A stretch of 64,000 nucleotides of DNA from an uncultured bacterium (GTDB lineage: Bacteria; Hydrothermota; Tepidihabitantia; SM23-42; JAOAFX01): contig CAZLGA010000005.1 of the NCBI GenBank assembly GCA_964559225.1, forward strand, positions 185 through 64,184, read 5' to 3'. The translations under genes and the position numbers were made by a program. The stretch's first letter is position 1. Each line of letters starts with the position of its first letter. Below are positions 21,134-30,986 of the stretch, in pieces. Under the pieces are notes generated by a model. That model had not been told where the DNA came from. It saw only the letters and a program-made list of their open reading frames with translations, and made no database searches.

Positions 21134-23485
21134 ATGAAGTGGTTGACTCTTATACTTTTCCTCTCTATGGTCTTCGGGGTTGATATCCACACCCCGTCTC
21201 CAGTTCAGCCTTATACCCCGCTACCCGACGAAAATCCCACGATTATCTCATTCTCAAATGGAATCGTCTTTGATACACGCTCGGGTGAACCCGAACTGCC
21301 TGCAAATCTGCGGATTGATTCATACCGTGGTTCTGGTTACTATCTAATCCAGATAGATGGTCCGGTCTATTCCCATTATCTTGAACAGATAAAGGAACTT
21401 GGTATTGATGTTGTGGGTTATATTCCCAAATATGCGCTGATATCATACGCAACCCCAGAGCAAATTGCCCTTGTGAATCTGAAGCCATTTGTGCGCTGGA
21501 CCGGAATCTTCCAGCCTGCATATAAACTTCAGAAGGAAGTAATGGAAGGAACAGGAATAGCACGTGTTACAATTCAATTATTCCCGGATGAAAATACCAA
21601 TTCTATTGCCGGTATAATCCAATCCTTCGGCTTTGATGTAGTTGAAGTCATTGACCATAAACTATGCAAGACGATTGATGCAGTTGTTGATTTGAGCAGG
21701 ATTGATGAAATCGCAAGAATAACAGGCGTGCATTGGATACAATTGTGGACTGAACCAACATTATGCAATGATAATTGCCAGTGGGTTACACAGACCGGCT
21801 GGCGCTCGAGTGTTCCACCTGACCCGGGTGCAAGAAGGATATGGTATGCAGGAATAAGGGGGGCTGGAACAATCTTAAGCACAACCGACTCAGGAATATA
21901 TATGTCCCACCAGCAATATAATGACCCTGCCAATCCCATCACTGCCCCGGGTGTATTTCCGAATCATAGAAAGGTAGTAGCCTATAAATTATATTCAGGT
22001 GCAGCATTCGGCGATGTCTCTGCGGTCTCTTGGCATGGCACCCATGTGAATTGCACGGTTGCAGGAAATGATACAACATTTGGAACGAGTGCCATGGATG
22101 GAATGGCAAAGGAAGGAAAGATTTACTTTGTTGATATTGCTAATGCAAGTGGTGGACTCGTCGTACCAACGAATCTCGCTCCAATGTATGATACTATCTT
22201 CCTGGGCCGTGGACTCGGATATAATATCTTACAGCATTCGGGCAGTTGGGGATGGACTAACTCCAGTGGCACATATCTAACTCAAGATGCCTCAACCGAT
22301 GCCTATATCTACGCCTATGCTAATTTCTTAAATCTCTATGCCGCAGGAAATGAATTCAGTGCACGAACGATTCGTAATCCTGGAATCGCCAAAAATGTCC
22401 TGACCGTTGGCGCGCTCCAGAATGGCACTTCATCCAATGCTATTGCCTCATTCTCAAGCAGAGGTTATACACAAGATAGAAGAATAAAACCGAATGTGAT
22501 GGCACCGGGTCAAAATATTTATTCTGCCCAGGGTGGGACAACGAGTTCATACTTTCCATTGTCGGGAACGAGCATGGCAACACCAGCAACAAATGGTTCA
22601 ATCGGACTGATTCGTCAGTATCTACTGGCAGGATACTATCCCTCAGGTGCAGCAAAGCCTGCAGATTCAATAAAATACCAGAGCGCAGCATTATTGAGGG
22701 CAATGATAATAGTCTCCTGCGACCCCAATATTACCGGCTTCACTGTCCCTGACTCTAATATTGGCTGGGGCAGGATTGATGTGGATAGTGTGCTCTATTT
22801 TACGGGTGATACGAGAGGCTTAATCATTAAAGATGATACAATTGGCGTTGGAACCGGACAGTCAAAGACCGATTCTTTCGCTGTAACCAGCTCAACAATA
22901 CCACTCCGCGTTGCTGTTGCCTGGACCGATACCGCAGCGGCAGCAAATGCCAATCCCACACTCGTAAACGATTTAAACGTCACCCTGACTGCACCCAATG
23001 GAACATATTATCGTGGAAATCAGTATTCAGGTGGACAGTCCATTGCCAATCCCACAACCTGGGATAACAGGAATGTTGAGGAATGTTTCAGGGTAAATAA
23101 CCCTGTTACCGGAGTCTGGAGACTGACCATTGGAGGACAGAATGTACCAAATGCACCGATGGGATTTGCCTATGCCATTACAGGTGGCATCGGTGTTGTC
23201 GGAATAGAAGAAAGGACAAGCAAGACTGCGGTTAAAGAAGACTTCAGCTGCAATACCATCACAAATAGATTGTTGAATGTGAAATTCACAATCAATGCCC
23301 AGAAATTGGTAACGATTCAGGTCTATGACCTAACAGGCAGAATGGTTGAGCAAATTCTGAATCAAAAATTCAATCCCGGCGAACATCATATCAAACACCG
23401 GCTCAATCTACCAAATGGTGTCTATTTTGTAGAACTAAAAACCGATAATTCTAAACAATTGAGCAAGGTTGTGACGATTCACTAA
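21134..23485 (+). CDS. subtilisin-like serine peptidase (S8) with T9SS C-terminal sorting domain
   Basis: Signal peptide MKWLTLILFLSMVFG. The catalytic motifs HGTHV and GTSMATP are present. The C-terminal ~80 aa match the T9SS Por tail (VYDLTGRMV...GVYFVELKT). Confidence 0.85.
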   Translation: MKWLTLILFLSMVFGVDIHTPSPVQPYTPLPDENPTIISFSNGIVFDTRSGEPELPANLRIDSYRGSGYYLIQIDGPVYSHYLEQIKELGIDVVGYIPKYALISYATPEQIALVNLKPFVRWTGIFQPAYKLQKEVMEGTGIARVTIQLFPDENTNSIAGIIQSFGFDVVEVIDHKLCKTIDAVVDLSRIDEIARITGVHWIQLWTEPTLCNDNCQWVTQTGWRSSVPPDPGARRIWYAGIRGAGTILSTTDSGIYMSHQQYNDPANPITAPGVFPNHRKVVAYKLYSGAAFGDVSAVSWHGTHVNCTVAGNDTTFGTSAMDGMAKEGKIYFVDIANASGGLVVPTNLAPMYDTIFLGRGLGYNILQHSGSWGWTNSSGTYLTQDASTDAYIYAYANFLNLYAAGNEFSARTIRNPGIAKNVLTVGALQNGTSSNAIASFSSRGYTQDRRIKPNVMAPGQNIYSAQGGTTSSYFPLSGTSMATPATNGSIGLIRQYLLAGYYPSGAAKPADSIKYQSAALLRAMIIVSCDPNITGFTVPDSNIGWGRIDVDSVLYFTGDTRGLIIKDDTIGVGTGQSKTDSFAVTSSTIPLRVAVAWTDTAAAANANPTLVNDLNVTLTAPNGTYYRGNQYSGGQSIANPTTWDNRNVEECFRVNNPVTGVWRLTIGGQNVPNAPMGFAYAITGGIGVVGIEERTSKTAVKEDFSCNTITNRLLNVKFTINAQKLVTIQVYDLTGRMVEQILNQKFNPGEHHIKHRLNLPNGVYFVELKTDNSKQLSKVVTIH

Positions 23486-23502
23486 TCTAATGCATTAAAG
23501 AA

Positions 23503-23531
23503 GAAGGGGCACTCCTGGTGCCCCTTCTTTG
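23503..23531. terminator. bidirectional intrinsic terminator between the S8 peptidase gene and hisS
   Basis: A perfect 10-bp GC-rich stem GAAGGGGCAC/GTGCCCCTTC with loop TCCTG. It is followed by a T-run on both strands. Confidence 0.75.
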
Positions 23532-23560
23532 TTAGCATCCCTCAATAATTTGTGCTAATA

Positions 23561-24799
23561 TTAAAAATTAAGAAAATTTTCTAATTCAATTTTGGCAATC
23601 TCTTTTTGTTCTCCAGTTAGCATATTCTTTACTGCATATACATTTTTCTTTGCTTCATCTTCACCATAAATAATAACATAATCAGCCCGGTAATGGTTTG
23701 CATCCTTTAATTGTGTCTTAATCTTATCAAGGGGATTGCCAATAATGCAAATACCACCTTTATTTATAATAATATCTCTTAATTTAACACCATCATCAAA
23801 TAGCGATTCACCCATCACTGCGATGAAAAATGTTTTGCACTTTTTTATCTCCGGGATATCATCTGGTAGCGCAAGCAACATCCTCTCCACACCCATGGCC
23901 CAGCCCACGCACGGGGTGTCTCTACCCCCGAGTTCCCTCATCAATAAATCATATCGTCCTCCCGCAACAATGGTATCCTGAGCACCCAATCCTTTCAATT
24001 TAAATTCAAATACGGTCCTTGTATAATAGTCAAGTCCCCGCACAAGTTTTTTATTCTCAATAAATTCAATATTCAGTCTTTTAAGAAATTCTTTTGTCTT
24101 TGAATAATGAATATCACAATCAGCACATAGGTTATCAGTAATCTTTGGTGACTCATCATAAATCTTCTGGCAGATATTGTTTTTACAATCAAATATCCGC
24201 AAAAAATTCTTTTCAAACCGGCGCTGACAATCAACGCAGAGCACATCTTTCTCTGATGCTAAAAAATCACTGAGAATTTTCTTATATTCCTCTCTGCATA
24301 CTGGACATCCGATAGCATTCAATTCAATCAGGAAATTTAGAGCACCTATTGAATTCAAAAAATTCTTTGCCAGGTGTATACATTCAGCATCATAGAATGG
24401 AGCGGATTCACCAATCAGCTCAATGCCAATCTGAAGAAACTCACGATATCTTCCTTTCTGAGGTTTTTCTTTACGAAACATCTGACCAATATAAAGAAAT
24501 CGGCAGGGTAGATTTATACCATTTTCCAAAACAGCGCGCAAGACCGAGGCGGTTCCTTCGGGTCTGAGCACAAATAGCTTTTCGTCGTGCTCAAATGTAT
24601 ACATCTCTTTTTCTACAATATCGGTATGCTCACCAATGGAACGAACAAAGAGTTCAATTGATTCAAAGGTGGGTGTCTTTATCTCTATAAACCCATTGAG
24701 TTTAAAAAAGATCCTTGCCTTATGATTTATAAGTTCAATCCGCTCTAATTCCTGACCGTAAATATCCCTTGTTCCTTTGGGCTTCTGATATTTTGTCAT
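23561..24799 (-). CDS. hisS: histidine--tRNA ligase
   Basis: Class II aaRS motifs, the HisRS core and an anticodon-binding domain. 412 aa. Confidence 0.95.
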   Translation of the reverse strand: MTKYQKPKGTRDIYGQELERIELINHKARIFFKLNGFIEIKTPTFESIELFVRSIGEHTDIVEKEMYTFEHDEKLFVLRPEGTASVLRAVLENGINLPCRFLYIGQMFRKEKPQKGRYREFLQIGIELIGESAPFYDAECIHLAKNFLNSIGALNFLIELNAIGCPVCREEYKKILSDFLASEKDVLCVDCQRRFEKNFLRIFDCKNNICQKIYDESPKITDNLCADCDIHYSKTKEFLKRLNIEFIENKKLVRGLDYYTRTVFEFKLKGLGAQDTIVAGGRYDLLMRELGGRDTPCVGWAMGVERMLLALPDDIPEIKKCKTFFIAVMGESLFDDGVKLRDIIINKGGICIIGNPLDKIKTQLKDANHYRADYVIIYGEDEAKKNVYAVKNMLTGEQKEIAKIELENFLNF

Positions 24800-25119
24800 T
24801 TATTCCTTCTCTTTATTAAATAAAAGAATAAAAGACCCATTGCTCCTGCAATTATATCCAATAATTCAAAATCCCGTCCCGGAATGAAAATCTGCTGGAC
24901 TTCTGCCACAATTACAACAATCAAACCTGATAAGAAATAGACCTCTGCATCAAGAACCTTTAAGCCCAATAATCCATAGACAAAAAAAAGTAAGAAGTGA
25001 TAAAATTTGTCTACAGGTACTTCTTTTATCTTAGGTGCCTCAAGACCGGGATAACCAGTTAGAAAAAATATCATAACAATCCAGATAATGAGCAATAATA
25101 TATCTATGCTCCGCTTCAC
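24796..25119 (-). CDS. VanZ-like family membrane protein
   Basis: Multi-TM. The PGRDFELLDIIAGAMG motif resembles the VanZ signature. Confidence 0.5.
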   Translation of the reverse strand: MKRSIDILLLIIWIVMIFFLTGYPGLEAPKIKEVPVDKFYHFLLFFVYGLLGLKVLDAEVYFLSGLIVVIVAEVQQIFIPGRDFELLDIIAGAMGLLFFYLIKRRNK

Positions 25120-25131
25120 TTAGAAATACCT

Positions 25132-25320
25132 TTAATACATTCCAAAATCATCTCCCCCTTCACCGCAGGGTTCAAATAATTCCTTTTCGGCACCGCAATC
25201 TGGACAACCCCAGGAATCCGGCAGTTCTTCAAAAAATATTCCCGGGGCAATTCCACTTTCTGGGTCGCCAATCTCTGGATTGTAAATATATCCACAGACT
25301 GCACAGCGCCATTTTTCCAA
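25132..25320 (-). CDS. rubredoxin
   Basis: CAVCGYIY...CPDCG, two CxxC pairs and the aromatic core. Confidence 0.85.
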   Translation of the reverse strand: MEKWRCAVCGYIYNPEIGDPESGIAPGIFFEELPDSWGCPDCGAEKELFEPCGEGGDDFGMY

Positions 25321-25339
25321 TTTTTACCTCCTGTTTAGA

Positions 25340-26056
25340 TTAATCAAGAACATAACACACTTCTAATACAAAGACAATCAGCTTCTCCATACCCTGTTTT
25401 AGCTCTTCATCTGTGACATATTTTGTGAACTCCTCACCCCTTCCCACCACATCGGAAACAAGCAAGAACGAAGCAGTCTCCAGATTACTTCTATTACAGA
25501 GATAATAAATTAAACTCGTCTCCATTTCAACCGCAAGTATTCCTTTTTTCTGGAGTTTTGGAACATAATCCGGATCTGGACTATAGAATACATCAACACT
25601 TGCAATACCCCCGAAATACAAATTCAATCCCATCTTTTCTGCAATATTATCTGCAGTCTTTAAAATCTTGAATGTTGCATAAGGTGCAACAGGTTCTCCA
25701 TAGAGATAAGAATTCGTCGTTCCATCATATGGCGCAGAGGTCAATGCACATATCATATCCAGAGACTTTATATGACTGGCAATTCCACCGCAAGTTCCAA
25801 TACGAATTATTCTTTTTGTATCAAGTTGGATCAATTCTTCAACCACAATCGCTGCAGATGGACAACCCATTCCCGTTGTCTGGACAGAAATCCTTTTACC
25901 CTTATAAGATCCGGTATAACCAAGCAGACCACGATTTTTGTTCACCAACTTCGCATCACTCAATTTCTGGCTGATAACCTCTGCCCTTCCTGGGTCTCCA
26001 ACGACCAGAACCGTATCTGCATAATCACCTTTTTTTGCCCTTAAATGTATTGGCAT
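25340..26056 (-). CDS. purine nucleoside phosphorylase, DeoD type (PNP/UDP family)
   Basis: GDPGRAE and TTGMGCPSAAIVVEEL motifs. 238 aa. Confidence 0.8.
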   Translation of the reverse strand: MPIHLRAKKGDYADTVLVVGDPGRAEVISQKLSDAKLVNKNRGLLGYTGSYKGKRISVQTTGMGCPSAAIVVEELIQLDTKRIIRIGTCGGIASHIKSLDMICALTSAPYDGTTNSYLYGEPVAPYATFKILKTADNIAEKMGLNLYFGGIASVDVFYSPDPDYVPKLQKKGILAVEMETSLIYYLCNRSNLETASFLLVSDVVGRGEEFTKYVTDEELKQGMEKLIVFVLEVCYVLD

Positions 26057-26173
26057 CTAACCTCTCTTATAATTAAAATTCTTAATAACAAAAACCAAAT
26101 CCCAATAGATTAAATTCCCAACCACCATTTTTTACAATTCATTGCGCAATGCTTTAGAATCTGAATTTTAGAT

Positions 26174-27382
26174 TTAACGGGTTTGCGTGCTGTCATTTTT
26201 TAATGCAGATTCATTTTGTGTAAGCGCATACAACAATGAATCGCGCACACGTTCAAATTCTTTGAGATACTCTTTCTTAACAGCAGGAGCCCTTGGTAGT
26301 TTAACAGTCAAAGGATTTATTGGTACACCGTCTTTATGTAATTCAAAATGTAAGTGTGGACCGGTAGACAGACCGGTGGACCCAACATAACCAATCAACT
26401 CACCCATCTTGACATGTTTCCCCTGATAAATCCCCTTTGCAAATCTTGATAAATGTCCATACCGTGACTTGAAATTGTTCTTGTGTCTTATTTCAATGAG
26501 ATTGCCATAACCACCTTTCCAGCCTTTAAAATTTACATAGCCGTCACCGATTGAAGAAACTGGCGTTCCCACCGGTGCCGAATAATCAAGCCCATGGTGG
26601 GGACGCCAAACTCGCAAAATCGGATGATACCTTCGCTTTGAAAAATACGAACTTATCGAACTATATTTTAATGGTGATTTGAGCAATGCCTTACGCAAAG
26701 ATTCACCTTTTAAGTTGTAGTAATCATCATAGCCTGTGGGGTCATTAAAATAAATACCATAGAATTCACCAACCTTTCCCTTATATTTAACAAGAGTAAT
26801 ATTTGCGTAATCTACAAATTGAGAATCACAAAATACCTTATCAAATACAATTATAAATGAATCACCATTCTGGGTTTCGGTCGTAAAATCAATTTCCCAG
26901 GCAAAGATATCAGCGAATTTATAAACGAGCATCGGTGTCTCTCCCTTTTTTAGCATTGATTCATAAAGTGTAGAATTTATACAACCCTTCAAGGAAGATT
27001 TTACACGCGTTATATAAGGAAATTTCATCGCCAAACTCATAAAATCACCATTATTTATTACATAGTAAACATTCATTGGATTTTGAAAGTAGGTGAATTT
27101 TTTAAATATATTATTTTCTTTCAAAACAATCAAGGAATCACCAGGTAAACATCTGCGGAATGGAAAATCACACTTTTTTAAAAGTTTGATAATATCCTCG
27201 GCAAGTTTCTGATCATTAAGAAGTCCAACAAGTGCAGGTTGTAAGACCTCATTTTTTTTAAGAGTCTTTTTGACCTCAGTAAAAATTGATTCGACCTTTT
27301 TTGCAATTTCCTTCTTTTCTCTCCGACATTCAACATTAAAAAAAATTAAAAAGAAGATAAGGGACAAAATGCATCTTTTCAT
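26174..27382 (-). CDS. M23 family metallopeptidase
   Basis: Signal peptide. The C-terminal LytM motifs HHGLDYSAP and GSTGLSTGPHLHFEL are present. Confidence 0.8.
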   Translation of the reverse strand: MKRCILSLIFFLIFFNVECRREKKEIAKKVESIFTEVKKTLKKNEVLQPALVGLLNDQKLAEDIIKLLKKCDFPFRRCLPGDSLIVLKENNIFKKFTYFQNPMNVYYVINNGDFMSLAMKFPYITRVKSSLKGCINSTLYESMLKKGETPMLVYKFADIFAWEIDFTTETQNGDSFIIVFDKVFCDSQFVDYANITLVKYKGKVGEFYGIYFNDPTGYDDYYNLKGESLRKALLKSPLKYSSISSYFSKRRYHPILRVWRPHHGLDYSAPVGTPVSSIGDGYVNFKGWKGGYGNLIEIRHKNNFKSRYGHLSRFAKGIYQGKHVKMGELIGYVGSTGLSTGPHLHFELHKDGVPINPLTVKLPRAPAVKKEYLKEFERVRDSLLYALTQNESALKNDSTQTR

Positions 27383-27385
27383 AGT

Positions 27386-28288
27386 TCAAAGTGCCTTTTC
27401 TTTTAAAAAACTTTTGTTCCAGTCATCACAGATTTCATTACGATTAGCAATAGAAATACCATGGATTGTAATTCGCATTTCTCTTTTTATCTGTTCTAAT
27501 ATTTTAATCATATCGGAAAACCCCCACAGATCAAATTCTAACTGGATATATTTCTTTTTGAATTTACTGAAAATATCCGCGGGAATCACATACTTTTTTA
27601 ATAATCTCTTCAATTCATTGGGTCGCATACGCGTTGTAATTGCGAGATGAATATGAGCAAAATTTTTTATTAGACGCCAGTTGATATTAGGGAAAATTGA
27701 AAATACACCCTGTCTATTTTTGCGATTCTGCATTAATCTCGCCAGTTGAACATCCGCATTGTTTGAGGGATTTTCAATTATCTCATAGATTCTTGGAAAA
27801 TTAATCTTTGAACGTAGCAGATGATAAATCAATTGCCATTCTTCCTTGGTCAATTCATAGGGCACAGGTATGTTATATTCAGCAATCTTATAAATTTCTA
27901 CATACTTAACACCAAAAGTTTTATTCAACAATCGGTAGCAGTGTTTCAAATCTCTTGCATAGAAAAAATATGAATAGGATGGGAGTATACCGTGCGGGAT
28001 TGTTGTATTGACAATCACCTCTTCGGTAAGAGGATATGTTTTTGGAATCTCTGGTTCAATATCAGCATCAACAAATGCACAGCCACGATACCATTTACCA
28101 CCCACAATCGCAGGAATGAATAATTTTATGCCGTAACCCTTTATCAATCCGTGCTCTTCAAAATTCTGGATACGAATGAAAATTTCATCCTGTCTGATGT
28201 GGAATTTTTTGATGATTTCATCAATCGGCACATAGCCCTGTGATTCAAGATGGCGTAAAATCTTTAAATCAATCGGATCAATAATCAC
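27386..28288 (-). CDS. tandem Lrp/AsnC-like winged-helix domain protein (putative regulator)
   Basis: The N-terminal DLKILRHLESQGYVPIDEIIKKFHI HTH resembles the AsnC-type. A second winged-helix-like repeat lies mid-protein. Confidence 0.35.
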   Translation of the reverse strand: MIIDPIDLKILRHLESQGYVPIDEIIKKFHIRQDEIFIRIQNFEEHGLIKGYGIKLFIPAIVGGKWYRGCAFVDADIEPEIPKTYPLTEEVIVNTTIPHGILPSYSYFFYARDLKHCYRLLNKTFGVKYVEIYKIAEYNIPVPYELTKEEWQLIYHLLRSKINFPRIYEIIENPSNNADVQLARLMQNRKNRQGVFSIFPNINWRLIKNFAHIHLAITTRMRPNELKRLLKKYVIPADIFSKFKKKYIQLEFDLWGFSDMIKILEQIKREMRITIHGISIANRNEICDDWNKSFLKEKAL

Positions 28289-28333
28289 AATCCATTATAT
28301 TCAAATTATTTAAATAGTCAATATTTTTCTTGT

Positions 28334-29083
28334 CTACGACTTAGTAATACAGTATCTTTTGCCCTTATATCTGGGCATTGAAGAATAATCATCAATACAA
28401 TCTATTATAACCCCTCCATTTGATCTAATAAAATCATTTAATACACTCTCTTTTATCCAGTACATATCCTTTATTCCCCAGGTCTGATAGCGCAATTTTT
28501 TATATAAATGCCTGAGCGGCGCAGGTATGATAAAACTTACAAACCTCCTTACCTTGTTTTTAATTCCAATGACATTAGTAGTGACCTGGAAGATAATAAC
28601 TCCATTTTTTTTAATCACTCTCAAAAAATCCTTAATATAACCCAGTGTTAATTTAGGTGGCAGATGCTGAAAAACAATATTGGAGTAGATAAAATCAAAA
28701 ACATCATTCTTGAAGATCCTTAAATCCGAAGTGCAATTTAGAATATATGAACACCTTTCTCGGTATTTATTATGTCCACGGGCGATTTGAAGCATACCCA
28801 ATGCAATATCAATGCCAATACATTCTTCAAAATATTTACACAATGCCTGCGTCAGGCGCCCAACTCCGCAACCAAAATCAAGCGCACGATTGAATTCAAT
28901 ATTTAGGTTCAGACCTTTTAGATAATTCATAACCGAATCTATCTCAGCATGGCCAGTTTGATACAAATCATCTATTTTCCAGCGATTATCTTTTTTTTCA
29001 GGAATAGGAAGAATAGCCCATAATGGGTCCTTTTTAGCAAATTCTTCCCAGTTTCTCCGTGCGTCCTTTATACATTTTTCCAT
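28334..29083 (-). CDS. class I SAM-dependent methyltransferase
   Basis: Motif I LDFGCGVGRLT. There are no DNA-MTase D/NPPY motifs. Confidence 0.7.
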   Translation of the reverse strand: MEKCIKDARRNWEEFAKKDPLWAILPIPEKKDNRWKIDDLYQTGHAEIDSVMNYLKGLNLNIEFNRALDFGCGVGRLTQALCKYFEECIGIDIALGMLQIARGHNKYRERCSYILNCTSDLRIFKNDVFDFIYSNIVFQHLPPKLTLGYIKDFLRVIKKNGVIIFQVTTNVIGIKNKVRRFVSFIIPAPLRHLYKKLRYQTWGIKDMYWIKESVLNDFIRSNGGVIIDCIDDYSSMPRYKGKRYCITKS

Positions 29084-29111
29084 CGTTTTTCAATGAATGG
29101 AATTGTGTAAA

Positions 29112-29590
29112 TTACTTTATTTCGTATTTGCCAAATTCTTCGGGTTTGGTGCTACGCAATTTGTTTTTGAGTTCTTCTTCTACACTATCACCCTTAAATA
29201 CTATTCCATTTTTTTCCATTATAGTATCTTCAACGAAGATTGTAGCATTGGAACGAAGGGCAAGGGCAATAGAATCCGAAGGCCGTGCATCAATAGTAAT
29301 CATTTTACCATCAGCTTCAAGATAAATCCGTGCATAATAGGTCTCATTCTTTAAGTCATTGATAATTATTTTTATAATCTTGCTTTCCAGTGCATCAAGT
29401 AGTATTTTCATAAGATCGTGGGTAAGGGGTCTTGCCGGTTTTATACCCTCCAGACACATTGCAATCGCCATTGCCTCATTATCGCCAATCCATATAGGTA
29501 AGGTCCTCTCTCCATATCTTTCTTTCAGTAGAACAACATAATTGTGAAACTGTTGGTCTTCAACAACACCGCTGACAAATACTTCTAAAA
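29112..29590 (-). CDS. bifunctional nuclease family protein (DUF151/BFN)
   Basis: The upstream reading frame translates VVLLKERYGERTLPIWIGDNEAMAIAM...ARPSD, the DUF151 core. No ATG, GTG or TTG start lies upstream of the ORF-track M at 29471. A possible ATT start is preceded by GGAGGA. Confidence 0.55.
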
Positions 29591-30037
29591 TTTTTCCTCC
29601 TCCACAACAACTAATTTTAATAACGCAGTTACTTGTTGTGGTAACCGGATTTTAACATCATAAATACCCGGATGCTTTATTGGTTCATCAAGCTCAATTT
29701 GTTTTTTATCTATCTCAATATTTTCTGCCTTTAATAATTCTACAATATCCCTGGGATTAATAGAACCAAACGATTTACCATCTATGCCAGTTTTGATCGT
29801 GGTCTTTACACTTAAATTGTTTATTTTCTCAGCAATCTGTTCGCTCATTTTTCTCACTTTTTCTATGCCTTGAGAGAAGTGGCGCTTGGTCTTTTCAAGA
29901 CCTCTTATATTGCCCGCAGTAGCAGGTATCGCAAGTTTATTAGGAATAAGATAATTTATTGCGTACCCATCCTTAACTTCAACAACTTCATTCTTTTTAC
30001 CTAATTTTGTAACATCCTTAGTAAGAATCACTTTCAT
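29585..30037 (-). CDS. rplI: 50S ribosomal protein L9
   Basis: MKVILTKDV..LGKKNEVVEVKDGYAINYLIP. Confidence 0.9.
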   Translation of the reverse strand: MKVILTKDVTKLGKKNEVVEVKDGYAINYLIPNKLAIPATAGNIRGLEKTKRHFSQGIEKVRKMSEQIAEKINNLSVKTTIKTGIDGKSFGSINPRDIVELLKAENIEIDKKQIELDEPIKHPGIYDVKIRLPQQVTALLKLVVVEEEKF

Positions 30038-30039
30038 TG

Positions 30040-30243
30040 TTATTTTATTTCGTATGGTAAAAGGGCAATCTCACGGGCGCGTTTGATTGCCTGAGCGAGT
30101 TTTCGTTGATGTTTGGCACATAAACCAGTCAATCGCGCGGCAAGTATCTTACCACGTTCGTTTATATAACCTTTTAAAAGTGCAGTATCTTTATAATCTA
30201 TTACCTTTACATTGGCCCCACACATCCGACATTTTCTTGCCAC
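30040..30243 (-). CDS. rpsR: 30S ribosomal protein S18
   Basis: CRMCG...[18 protein letters not shown]. Confidence 0.9.
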   Translation of the reverse strand: MARKCRMCGANVKVIDYKDTALLKGYINERGKILAARLTGLCAKHQRKLAQAIKRAREIALLPYEIK

Positions 30244-30261
30244 TGTTTCTCTCCTTTTTGA

Positions 30262-30696
30262 TTAAAATGGAGTATCGATATTATCTTCTTCCTTAATTTC
30301 TTCCTCGGCCTCAAACGGAGTATTACCACCTGTCTCACTATTAGATTCAGGCATATCCAGAAATTGTATCCTGTGCGCAACTACCTCAATTACTGATCTC
30401 TTCTCTTTATTATCCGTTTCCCATTGCCGTGACCTTAATCTACCTTCAATGAGAACAGCGCTACCTTTTTTAAGGAAGTCATTAACCAGTTCAGCCTGCC
30501 TTCTCCAGGCAACAATTGTCACAAAAAGTGTCTCCTCATGAAACTCTCCCGATTCCCGATTTTTAAATCTGCGCGTAGTAGCAATTCTGAATGAACAAAC
30601 CGGAGCTCCTTTCTGGGTATAACGCAGTTCAGGATCAGCAACAAGACGGCCGATGAGATGGACCGAATTAAGATATCCCAACCTTAGTTGATTCAT
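30262..30696 (-). CDS. ssb: single-stranded DNA-binding protein
   Basis: OB fold NSVHLIGRLVADPELRYT and an acidic C-terminal DTPF tail. Confidence 0.9.
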   Translation of the reverse strand: MNQLRLGYLNSVHLIGRLVADPELRYTQKGAPVCSFRIATTRRFKNRESGEFHEETLFVTIVAWRRQAELVNDFLKKGSAVLIEGRLRSRQWETDNKEKRSVIEVVAHRIQFLDMPESNSETGGNTPFEAEEEIKEEDNIDTPF

Positions 30697-30986
30697 CTTT
30701 TCTTCTCCCTAAAAATTATCATAAACCTCAACACATTACTGCGATGTTTTAATTTATCCTTAATACTTTCAATCTTATCAGGAGAAATAGAAAACTCATA
30801 ATTCACATAATAACCCTCTTTCTGTTTTTCAACCGGATAAGCAAGAACCTTTTTTCCCAGTAAGTGATGTCGGACAGTGCCAGCACCGCTTGTCTTTATA
30901 ATCTCTTCAACAGCACCGGCTTCTTTTTCTAATTGTTCATCCTTTAGTCCCGGATGAAATATGAACATTGCCTCGTAGTTTCTCAT
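30693..30986 (-). CDS. rpsF: 30S ribosomal protein S6
   Basis: MRNYEAMFIFHP. Confidence 0.9.
   Translation of the reverse strand: MRNYEAMFIFHPGLKDEQLEKEAGAVEEIIKTSGAGTVRHHLLGKKVLAYPVEKQKEGYYVNYEFSISPDKIESIKDKLKHRSNVLRFMIIFREKKR

Noticed and set aside
25116-25304. 62-aa ORF overlapping rubredoxin in another frame
   Set aside because: The rubredoxin frame (25132-25320) has the two CxxC motifs. The alternative frame has no features.
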